This document shows, in pieces, positions 1 through 11,263 of a DNA stretch of 64,000 nt; the stretch's first letter is position 1, and each line of letters starts with the position of its first letter. The stretch comes from Bugula neritina (taxonomy: Eukaryota; Animalia; Bryozoa). The stretch spans positions 18,538,995 through 18,602,994 of the forward strand of contig OZ037765.1 of the NCBI GenBank assembly GCA_964035545.1, read 5' to 3'. The position numbers and the translations under genes were made by a program. The notes under the pieces are model-generated. The model was given only the letters and a program-made list of their open reading frames with translations. It did no database searches and had not been told where the DNA came from.

Positions 1-1103
1 AGGCTATAAAATTAATTATCCATCACTTATGATATGTCTTAACAAACTGCATCATTACTGTACAAAATTAAGCTAAATGATTGAGTGATTGTCAACAGGA
101 ATAAATCTAAATTTAAACTTTGTGATTGTAAATTGACTATATATTGATTAAAAGCAATTCTTTATAGTTCAATAGAAATATCAAAATTATTATTCTTTAT
201 TGAATCAATGCTGCCAAAACAATATTACTGGTAAATGTAAATCTAAAATAATCACAAATTTGAGCATGTATTTAATTTTCCATTCTATTAGTATTAATAT
301 TATTAATGATTACAAACTTAGAACAAGAATGAAGTTAAAAAATTAGAAAACTATAATAAAAACAGTACTATAATAATAGCTATTGTAAAATTTATACACA
401 CCACACTTCAAACTCAAAATATTTTAATCAAATATATATTATTATTACATTATAACTATTATATTAAATAAATAATTATAGTAATTATTATTTATATTGT
501 AATTATATTGATAATGATATACTTTAGGTTTCAATTTTTATCAAATGCACCTTGTAGATCGAATACTTAAAATCTTATTCAAATTGATCTACGCTGACTT
601 ATATAATTAACCTTAAGATATTTAACTTCAACCTAGACTTAAAGTTGGTTTCAGATTTGACATTTTCATCAGATCATGATTTACTTTTAGAATTGATTAG
701 CAACAGCTTTGAGTTTCAATCGGCTCTGATGAAAGTTTTAATAAAGCAATAAAAGCCTTACAACTTTGTTTGTATCTTACACTCAAAAACTACCAGTAAA
801 GTTATAGTATAACTATAACATTAACAGTTAACTATTAGTATTAGTATAAGTATAAGATTAAGAGTAAGACTAAGTTTAAGTGCAAAACTGAGATTTGGAT
901 TTAGTTACTTACAATTTGACTTTCAGTTTCACTTGGATTTTTCTGAAAAGACACCTGTTTTTGCTTAGACATACTCCACTTTTTAAAATTAAATTAGCGA
1001 AACCGAGAAAAAAGTACTTGATTAAAATTTTTTATAAAATTTAAAACAGTCTTTCAAAGCTGACAGTGACTGAAACGGAGTATAAGCGGTTCAAAAAAAG
1101 TTC

Positions 1104-1258
1104 TATAAGCAACTCCGAGTTGAGGGTGACTGAGTGCAGTAGTTTGAAATTCCCGAGTTTGATGTACGGGGTATAAATTAGAGCTTTGAACCCCCAACTC
1201 CACACTCGAGAGTCGCAAATTACTGCACTCAGTTACTCCCAACTCGAAGCTGCTTATA
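1104..1258. mobile_element. Short hairpin MITE with ~43-bp imperfect terminal inverted repeats (family A, copy 1)
   Basis: Left end tataagcaactccgagttgagggtgactgagtgcagtagtttg matches the reverse complement of the right end (tataagcagcttcgagttgggagtaactgagtgcagtaatttg). Related copy at 55161-55297. Confidence 0.75.
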
Positions 1259-1854
1259 AACTATTCTAGTTTCAAAGATTACACCATAGATGGTTTAAAT
1301 GTAATCGGTGTGACTTGGTGCGGTTATATTTGAAACCAGACACGTATATACTATATAAAATAATATACATCGTCGAAGAACTCTATTATCCCATTCTATG
1401 CTATCATGTATTCTTCGACAAACATTGCCAGGGAGCAACAAGTGATAAGACCATTTTCCACAGTCTAGAAGCCTTCCAAAGGAATTTTGCAATACATTTC
1501 ATTATTAGCATGCATACAAATAGAAATTATATTTTCTTTATATAAGTTTCACTATTTGCCTATATATAGGAACAACAAAATAAACCTTGAGAAAGCAGAA
1601 AGCTTGAGTACACTATAAAATTCCAATTGCAGCTAAAGAAAAATGCAGATGTAAGCGTGGGAAACTTAGCCATGCAGTCAAAGAGATGTTTGTCTACCAA
1701 TGTTGATGTTATAATGTAAATGACTAATTAACTAAAATTTATAGTCCAATGTATATAACTTTCTGCAACACTGATTAATGTACTGTAAAATCCATGCTTT
1801 TTCAAAACAGATTCGCAACTTCTGCTACATGCATTCCTCTATAAAAAGTCATAC

Positions 1855-2022
1855 AAGTTTGGAGTCACTACCCCTGCGAGAAGCCCTGGTGGAAAGGTGT
1901 TGCTATATTTGACTAAAGATTTATTCATATGTGACACAGGGGCAATTTTATGATTGGGGATGGAGCCCACGACCTTAAGTTTACTAAACCAAGCGCTCTA
2001 ACCTCTACACCACGGCTGCTCC
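1855..2022 (-). mobile_element. tRNA-derived SINE (family S, copy 1)
   Basis: Reverse strand begins ggagcagccgtggtgtagaggttagagcgcttggtttagtaaac (A-box-like head) and shares the 3' body (ctttccaccagggcttctcgcagggg...) with copies at 25422, 46313 and 47551. Confidence 0.75.
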
Positions 2023-3456
2023 TCATACTTTTATAAAATACCTAGAATTTATTAATTCGGAGTTCTTTTTTTAACTATATATTTACTTGACCTATGTTGA
2101 TATTTTAATATTACAAATTATACACTTATATGCATAAGCTATACCCATTTCGCTGCACAACTGATTCCAGATTTGTATAACTTATTGACATGCTGAGCGA
2201 CAAGTGCGAATGTTTTCTCAACGCATACAGTGGACACCTTTGCTACTTGTGGTTTCAATTTTCGCATGCGAAAATACGCACCGTGTGGCCCTAGGCTAAG
2301 CGGTTTTAGCATTTTGGCCAGGTGTTTAGCAAGTTGGTATGATGGCAAAAATACACAAATTGAAACAAGGAGATGGCATAGACTATAGAGAAACTACAAA
2401 TGAGACCAATAATTTCTAACATAGGCACTGCAACATAGGCACTGCATACAGTTCGCTAAAAGCTAAAATGTGAATTAAAATAAAAGAAATGTGCTCGCTA
2501 AATAATAATTAGCCAATTAGATCAAACACGCACAAGCTTGCCGCTGAGCTCGCTCAGCATGCTAGATGCATGAAAATCCTGCTCATGACGTCCAATTTTT
2601 GGGATAAACGTGATTTCCTGCACATCAGCTTGTGTAAAACGTGTTGTGTGGCCCTACACTAAAACTTCAACTTTTGCAGATTAAAGGATTGCTCTATCTT
2701 AGTTTATTACAATCACATTATAATTATGAACTATAATCTATTGTGTATGCAAACAATTGTGACTTTGCAAAGGGATATATGCCTAGAAAACAGCTTTTCA
2801 AAATTCCAATTTTGAGGGAGGTAAAATTTTCAGCCATGAAAAAGAATAGCCTAATACGTGACGTGTGAACGCCAGTAACTATGCTGCACGTGCTAACTAT
2901 AACGCTAGTATTCAAGGTTGCTGAACGCAACATCAACCAATAACGCTCAAGCAGTTACAGTGCGCTATATAGGTCAGCTTTGGTGACCCCATAATATTGT
3001 ACAATTTGACCTAGTTTAGATCGATCGCAGGCATTCATCCTAAAGAATGCATGTTTTTGCAATGCTTTTTTCTATGCTTACAAGCAAAATATGGCCTAAT
3101 GTTATCACATACATGTTATTTAACATGTCAAAAAACTATAGATTGAGATAATTCACATTTGCACTTCTATAAATATACAAATTACGAGCTGAAAGATCAC
3201 ATCTCACAGTCATATTTCTATAGTTATTCATTTGTATAGTCACGTGACCAGCAGGAATGCTGGCGCTGTTACGTCACAGTTCCCAGCTCATTTCAAAATC
3301 GGCGTTTTGGCTGTTACCAATCTACACCCTCAACTTCAACTAACTTTTTCTACCTTTGGTCAAATGCTTTTTGTCAATGCATGCTTAGAAAAACACAATA
3401 TTATGTGTGTTCGACCTAAATGGCCATTTATTAGACAAGATAGAGCAATCCTTTAA

Positions 3457-4254
3457 GGCCAGTTGTTACATAACTCTTAGCTTTATTTGTTCTCCATTAT
3501 ACTAGTATGAATGACTCTTGTTCTCCAATATGCCAGCTGGTAATGAGCCACCATATTTTGGTACAGAACTCTGATTGGCTGGGTTTTTGAATGGTCTTCT
3601 AATACATACATCTGTGTACACTCCATCTACATTTACATGGTGCAAGCTACAGGGTAGTATTAGGCCTATACCAACTTTCTGTTTACCAATCTTTTGTTCA
3701 CAATAGTAAATAGGCTATTTAGCAAGGATTTTATGGCAGGTTAAATCAACCATCACTGCTGCTAATATTGCTTATGCACCTGTCCCATTATGGTTCTTTC
3801 TCCTAAACTTTGAAATTGTTTCAATAAACATTAGTAGTTAAACCATCTGTATTTATTATTTATCTGTAGGGGTTAGCAGTTTACATATTTAGAAAAGAAG
3901 TTTTATATAGAGTATTCATCTATCACCTAAAGCAGTTCACTTGCTGTCTTGACTTATTTAGTTAAGGTTATAATTTAACGTGCGACAATCCTATACTCAG
4001 TAAAGAATAAACTTTTTTGGTTGCAATTTTTTTTTAGGAGGAGTAAATTAGTTTCATTTATACTTTTCTTAGTCATTTTAAAGCCTATCAAAAGTGACCA
4101 CCTCATTACTAATTATTGCCTGATAATACTTCAGTGTTTAAAGTTAGAATCAAAATCTGGTGGCTCATTACCAGCTGGCATATTGGAGGACAAGAGTCAT
4201 TCATACTAGTATAATAGAGGACAAATAAAGTTAAGAGTTATGTAACAACTGGCC
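3457..4254. mobile_element. Non-autonomous DNA transposon with ~105-bp TIRs and TTAA target-site duplication (Kolobok-like)
   Basis: TTAA|ggccagttgttacataactcttagctttatttg...gagccacc is mirrored by ggtggctcattaccagctggcatatt...gagttatgtaacaactggcc|TTAA. GG..CC termini with a TTAA TSD fit Kolobok better than piggyBac. No transposase ORF. Confidence 0.85.
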
Positions 4255-4264
4255 TTAAGCTGCA

Positions 4265-4488
4265 AAAGTGTACCAGGTCATTTTTGTAGACATACAAATT
4301 TTAATTGCATTTTATACACACTTAATTTAGATGTTTTGAAAAATACATCAGAGTGTCATAAATTTAAGATATGAAATAAAGTAATGCACTTGAAAAAAGT
4401 TGCACAACTGCTTTCTAGAAGCATGAATTTTGCAACTTGCAGAATTTTATTTAAGTTATAATGGTGGGGTATTGACCTGGTACACTTT
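4265..4488. mobile_element. MITE with 16-bp perfect TIR
   Basis: aaagtgtaccaggtca (4265-4280) and tgacctggtacacttt (4473-4488) are exact reverse complements around a non-coding interior. Confidence 0.6.
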
Positions 4489-4654
4489 GCTGATTGGCTG
4501 AGTTTTACATGGTCTATTGTGGTTGACAGAAAACGTTTTAAATGTCTTATTTCGAATATGCAAGCAGAGCCTACTTATTTGAACTTTGGTGTTTTAGGTT
4601 TGGAATAACGTGAGTAGAAAATGCTGATGCTTGTCCCCTCAAGCCAATGTTTTA

Positions 4655-4690
4655 AATTTGCCCGCACTCTGGAAAGGTTGGACACCCCTG
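4655..4690. mobile_element. hAT-like terminal remnant
   Basis: Ends in ggttggacacccctg, the reverse complement of CAGGGGTGTCCAACC, which resembles hAT/Charlie termini. Partner end not found. Confidence 0.35.
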
Positions 4691-4699
4691 TCCTATCAA

Positions 4700-4830
4700 T
4701 AACTCACGTTGAAACACGTGCTTTTAAAACCGTTATCATAAATTTCCTTTTGATTTGATTGCCCGTAATAACAACGCACCAATTAAAACCCTGAATTGGT
4801 TTCCGTTTACCAAATTTGAATAGTTCATGC
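4700..4830 (+). promoter_or_regulatory. Candidate cell-cycle (G2/M-type) promoter, possibly for CENP-A
   Basis: Locally CpG-rich patch with E-box CACGTG (4715-4720), Myb-type AACCGTTA (4728-4735), CCAAT (4779-4783), ATTGG (4795-4799) and CHR-like TTTGAA (4815-4820), followed by a periodic tract. Assignment to CENP-A is inference. Confidence 0.4.
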
Positions 4831-6204
4831 CGTGGTGATGCCTACTAGTACTACTAATAGTACTATGCAGTAAAGTATATTATTATTACTTTTAAAGTTT
4901 TGGTTAGGTAAAAATTTAGTTTTAATCAAAACCATTAAACACCGATGATTATTATAAAATGGTGCAAATATATGTTTTAATTAATTATATTATAGTTTTC
5001 GTTTAAGTTAATGAATCACTTGATCATAATGATAATGATAATGTTTATGTTATTACTATAACTATAAGTATAACTGTAACTGTTGCTATTAGATTTATAA
5101 TATTATTAATCATAAGGATAATCAACTCATAATCATAATGATATCTATAAAAAGTATATATATAAATATTAATGATTATGATAATTATAAAGATTTTGAT
5201 TATCACTTACTCTTACTCTTAGTCTTAGTCTCAAAGTTAATCATAATGATTATCATTATGATTGTAATTATTGTATTTAATTTTATAATCATAATGTTTT
5301 AATAATAATGTAAATAATAATATATTTATAATTTATTATAATAAGTATTACATTTAGTTTTTACAGTTTACTAGAGTAAGAGTATGAAATTCAATATGAA
5401 TATTATTGACTATTGAGATTCAGATTGACATTATGATTATTGTTATAATTCATTATATTTATGATGATCAAATTCAACAATTATAAGTATAAGCGAATAA
5501 TAATAGGTATATTCAATATTAAATTTAATATGACCATCAGTGTCACTACCTATTCCAGATTTTGTTTTTGGCATTAGCCCTAGAAGTAGGTAGTTACTAG
5601 CTATCAGTAGCTAAACATCAACATGAAGTTATGGTAATACTTATAGTAATAGTGACTAGTTTTATCAAATATCACTTGATTATAAGATTAAGTATAACTA
5701 TAAGTATAAGTTTATTCATATGTCTATGGCATATCAACATAGGACTTGATTATGATAGTTGTAGTATTAAATAATAGTATAGCTCTAAAATTAAACATAT
5801 AACTATTACTCTCAGCGCCGAGTTAAGTATCAATACCTAAAGACTTAGACTTATTATGAACTTCAACATTATTAAAAACATAAATATAGCAACTAATGAA
5901 TTGAAAATATAAAATTAAATGTTTATACATAATAATATGGCATGAACTTGGTTCAACATTTACTCATAAATGCTATATAGAGATTCCCTTTAATTACATA
6001 TAGTTGAAATTATGAAGACATTTTGATGATCTAAATTCAACTGTCTAATAAATTTTATTTTGGGATTTAACATAAAGATTTCATGCACATTCCATTATAT
6101 TTATACTAGTAAGAAATAAGTGTTTATATTGTAAAGTAGCAGTTCTCAATTTAACTCCCTGTATAAAAACTCTAAGAAGTTTTGTCAATAAATGACCAAA
6201 TTTA

Positions 6205-6367
6205 TATTGATTAACAATCTGCAATTAAACTTATTAAGAAAAAATCATTCATCAAACAATTTAGAGTTGTCTTTACTTGTATCACAGTTTATTTTTACTA
6301 CATCACAATAGTACATTTATTATTCGCTTCAATCCTGTTCTTCCTGTAACATGGTTGTTAGAATAAA
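6205..6367 (+). repeat. 5' LTR
   Basis: 163-bp direct repeat of 10484-10646 with about 17 mismatches counted by eye. Starts TA (mutated TG); alignment ends at AATAAA. Confidence 0.9.
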
Positions 6368-9300
6368 GGCCTGGCCTCACGATAGTGAGAATTACACGAA
6401 ATCTGTGTGACCATTTTCTTGAGTTATCCTCTTGTTTTGACCAGCCACACACTCGTCGGACGAAACACATAATAAATAGTCCGTGAATGAGGTACAAACA
6501 GCAGAAAATTGCCAAATAGAAAACCGTGGTAGAAGTGAAATAATTACTGTTGCTAAAATTCTATTGACCAATCAAATGGTACTTATCGTCGATTGTGATC
6601 TTTTGTTCATCGTCATCGTTGTGCACACCCAACAAAGACGGTTTCGTTTTGCAGATAAAAATAGAGCAGCTTATGCAGAACTTGTCTAAGTTTTAGATGA
6701 CAAATCTCTTCTCATAATGAATGATGATACAAATGATGGTAGAAATTTATTAAAAATCGTTAGATCTCATTATGCATCTATAGAAAAACCTCACGTATTA
6801 GCTATGTATGAGGAGCTAACTACTTTTTGTATGAAAGACGACGAAGATACTGCTGACTACCTCATCAGAGCTGAAACTGCAGCCACTGGGTAACATACTG
6901 CTGCTGAACAGATGAGCGACGACCTTATCATTTCTATGTGCCTTAAAGGCCTACCAGAATCTTTCCGCCCATTCGTAGTGGTTCACACTCAGCTCCATAA
7001 AGCCAAAACCCTCACAGAATTCAAGTCTTCTTTACACAAGTATGCCATATCAGAATCTAACAAATAATCAAGCTCTGATTTATCTGCTCTTGCATCCAGA
7101 TCTAGTCCTTCTCTTCATCACTTATCAAGATCTAATTAATTTAACTATAACAATTGTCCTATTGAATGTATGCATTGTGGCAAGAATCACAAATCACAAG
7201 ATCGTAGAAACAAATCTAAACTTTCGTAATTTTTGCAAAAGATTGGGACACCTAGAATCTGTTTGTTTTCAGAAAAACAAATATCAAAACACATCTTCAT
7301 CAGCTTCTAATTCTGGTAACACTAGCTGTTTTACATTTCCCACTTGCGATCTAGCACTTAACTTTACTCAAAAACAATAAAAATTGGACCTACACTCTTA
7401 ACTGACTGTGCTGCAACATCTCACATGGTGAATGACAAATCTACAATCACTTACTTTGATCAAACATTCAAACCTGGTAAGTTCTATGTGGAAGTAGCTG
7501 GTGGCACACAATCAAATAAAATCGTCACAGCTAGAAGCGAAGCCACATTCGACATAGTTGATTCCAATGGCCTAACCCAACAACTCAGTCTCAAAAACGC
7601 TCTCCTAGCTCCATCCTTTCCTACCTGTCTCTTCTCAGTGAAAGCAGCCGTAGACAATGGCGCAAAGATATTCTCAAGGAATAGAAACTATATGGCTGCT
7701 GGCAACACTAATTTCAACTTCATAAGGATTGGCAAGCTAGTCTTCTATGAAGATAGTCCTCACATCTCTCATTCCTCTTCAACTAATAATTCTGCTTGTG
7801 TATCTAAAACCATAAAACAATGGCACATAAACCTTGGCCACATGAATTACACTGACATATGTCAGCTAGCTATTGTCACAACAGGTATGCAAATCCTGCA
7901 ATCCACCAAACCCGGCACATGCTCCACATGTCAGGCCAATAAATTGACATGGCAACCTAAATCGCAAGATAAATCCCAGTACATGCTACAAAAGTCTTAC
8001 AACATTGACACATGGACATAGCAGGTCCTATCTCTCCTATTTCTTGTGAAGGTCACAAATTCATCATCAATTTCATTGACGAGTGTTGAAGCACGATTTT
8101 TCTATATCCATTACGTTCTAAAGATGAAGCTTCTTCAGCCTTACAAAAGTTTTAGCTGACGTAGCGCCCATAGGCAAAGTCCATGGACTCCACAGTGATA
8201 ATGGTAGAGAATACACCAGTCAAGTTTTTCAGAACATTTTCTTTCAACACGGTATAAAATACACCAGCACTGCCCCTCACTCCTCACCAAAATTGAAAGG
8301 CAGAGCGAGCTTGGCGCAGCACCCAGGAAATGGCTTGCTGCCTTATTTCAGACGCCAACTTGCCTAAAAATCTTTAGTCACACGCTATTAACTACTCTCA
8401 ATACTTCCGCAATAGAAGTTATCAACAGCGAATCAAACTAACAGCATATGAATTCTTCACTAAACTCAAACTTGACATGCCAAAAGTTTTTGCTTTTGGC
8501 TCTGAATGTCATTATCTCGATGAATTACGTCATTCTAAACTCTCTCCTCATGGCCTCAAAGGTTATTACCTTGGCATAAACACCAGAAAACAGGGTTACT
8601 TCATTCTAAACAAAGATAAAAATAAAGTTGTAACTACAAGAAACGCTACTATCTCCAGTCCTCGCCACTCTTCATCACTTCATGAACTGGTGGAAGACAG
8701 CAATCATCAATCAAATTATCCCTCTAAACCTAATCAGTCTTCTGACGAATTGAACAAACCTACATCCAATCATTCTAAACCTTTCACTGGACAAGAACAT
8801 CCCAATCATGAAAACCAATCTCCCGTCTCTAACTCACCTGGATCAGAATCAATTGCTCAATTTAAACCTCCTCGTAAACACCGAATGCCCAAGAAATTCG
8901 ATGATTATCTCCTCACAACATTCATTGACTACGCATATGCAGTCATTTCTGACTTACCCTAGTCCTATGAGGATGCTGTCACTCCAGTAACTCTGAAAAC
9001 TGGAAAGCTTTGCAAAAGGAATATGACACGCCAGTTGAAAACAAAACTTGAACAGTCACTCTTTTTCCTTCTAACCGCTCAGGAATCAAAGAGCGATGGG
9101 TTTTTACGCTTAAACGAAGATCCAATGCCAATGAAGTCCTATACAAAGCAAGATATGTAGTCTGTGGTTACTCACAGAAATCTTATATTGACTGCGACTG
9201 CACATACTCTCCTACCACAAAGTTCACATCTATTTGCACCATCCTTTAGTTTGCAGCCAACAAAGGTCACCATTTACACCAATTAGATGTCAAGAGATCC

Positions 9301-10483
9301 TATCTCAATGCTCCTATTTATAAAGAAATATATGTCCGGCAACCCTCGGGTTACAAGCAAACTAATCCTTCTATTACTCACCTCACATGCTTTCTAAACA
9401 ACTCAGTTTACAGCCCTAAACAAAGTGGTCATAATTGCCACATCTCTCTCACCAACTTTCTCAAGTCAAATGAATTCACACCTAATGATACAGATGCCTG
9501 TGTCTACTAAAAGCAAGAATACAGAACTGACATTATTATCCTCTTTTGGATGGATGACATCATTCTCGCCTACCGTGAGCACGCTCTCATTTTCAAATAC
9601 AAACAACTCCTGAACACAGAGTTTCGTATGGATGATAGAGGCGAACTCCGATTGTTCTTAGGAAGAGACTTCCAACGCACTCAAAATGGTGGATACAGTA
9701 TAAGCTAAACTCGATATGCAAATTCAATTCTCTCAAAGTTTAACATGTCTAACTGCAACAAAGTATCCACTACAAATCTCAACCGGCAAAGAGCACCTCT
9801 CCCTTCTAGATTCTTGTAGCGACAAGCAATTGGCAGCTTGATCTATCTCGCCATAGCCACTCGACCAGATATAAGCTGAATATTTTTCACGTTATCCAAG
9901 TTTTTTGATAAACCTGCACCATCTCATGGCAATGTAGTTGCGCGTCTATTTCGCTACATCCAAGGTAGCAATGATTACGCCCTTGTATACGAACCCTACA
10001 TCAACTGGACACTCTCGCTCTACACTGACTCTAACTGGGCTGGTGATGTCACAGACCACCGTTCAACATCTGGTTACGCTGCTATTTTTGGATCAGCCCC
10101 AATCAGCTGTAAGACACGAAAGCAGGCTACCGTTGCCTTATCCTCATGCGAAGCAAAATATATGTTTCTCACAGATGGTGTTAAAGAAGCTTTTTACCTA
10201 TGCCGTTTTCTCACATCTTTTGAACAAGAACTAAGCAATGTTACACCAATCTACTGTGATAATCAGAGAGCCATCGCTATCGCTTCCAATAATGCTAGTC
10301 AGCACAGCCGTACAAAACACATTGATGTTAAGTACCCTTTCATCCAAGAACAGACATCAATTGAATATTTACATGTATCTGGAACCGACAATTCCACTGA
10401 CTAAATGACTAAACCATTAGCAACTCGTAAACATGTCGACGCACTTCGTCTACTAGCTATGCATATTGCAGATTGAGGGAGCC

Positions 10484-10646
10484 TGTTGATTAACAATCTG
10501 CAATTAAACTTATTAAAAGACGATCATTCATCAAACAATTTAGAGTTGTTTTTACTTGTATCACAGTTTATTTTTACTACAGTGCTATTATACATTTATC
10601 ATTTGCTTCATTCTTGTTCTTCCTGTGACATGGTTGTTAGAATAAA
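10484..10646 (+). repeat. 3' LTR
   Basis: Begins TGTT directly after the PPT and matches the 5' LTR through AATAAA; may extend to the CA at 10649. Confidence 0.9.
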
Positions 10647-11263
10647 ACATGTTTCTATTACTCATTAATAATCCTATTCTGATTGCATAATATTACATCA
10701 TCTAAGTTACATGATCCCAGAAAAATATTTAACACTCTATTTTGTTATAACAGCACACCAATCAACATGTACACAGGCTGATTTTTTCAGCCGATTTTGT
10801 ACTTGTCGGTTTCGCTATTGCTGATTGAAAAATCGGCGATAAATCCAAGCGATTTATTGATTAACTATGTTAATTATATTAAACTATAACAGATAAATAA
10901 TGTTATAATGGACTGCTCCAAATTCAACTAATATTTTGTCCATGCATAAATGTAGAATTAATAAGATTCCATATAGTTCTCTGAGCCCAAGTTCTTAAAA
11001 ATAGCCAATCACTTCTGATGTGCCTAAGCCCTAAAGGTTTAGTGCTGTTGGAATAATGCTTATCTTGTGCTTCACTGGCAACCTTTTAAATTTTGTCACA
11101 TGGGGTTTGCATTTATGAGAAAATTAATGTTATTTTTTATCAATAACATCGATGCCATACTTAAATGACTTGAAGAGCACAAATGAAAAATTACCCAGGT
11201 AGTTAACCTTTATTATTCTGAAAAACTTGTAATCTATTTTTAAATTAGGTTCATTTGAAGGTA

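Larger units (their letters stand above)
6205..10646 (+). mobile_element. Full-length decayed Ty1/copia LTR retrotransposon
   Basis: Direct LTRs at 6205-6367 and 10484-10646; polypurine tract gattgagggagcc before the 3' LTR. Domains in copia order: gag (KNRAAYAELV, CLKGLPESF, CCHC-like FCKRLGHLESVC), protease (DCAATSHM), integrase (WHINLGHMN, CSTC, DIAGP, HSDNGREY), RT (YKARYVVCGYSQ, HQLDVK, WMDDII), RNase H (YTDSNWAG, YCDNQRAI, RTKHIDVKY). Many stops and frameshifts. Confidence 0.95.

Noticed and set aside
2139-2660. Two segments ending in gtgtggcccta, possibly Harbinger-like MITE ends; similar CpG-rich remnant at 10770-10860
   Set aside because: Matching left termini could not be defined, so they were not called as features.
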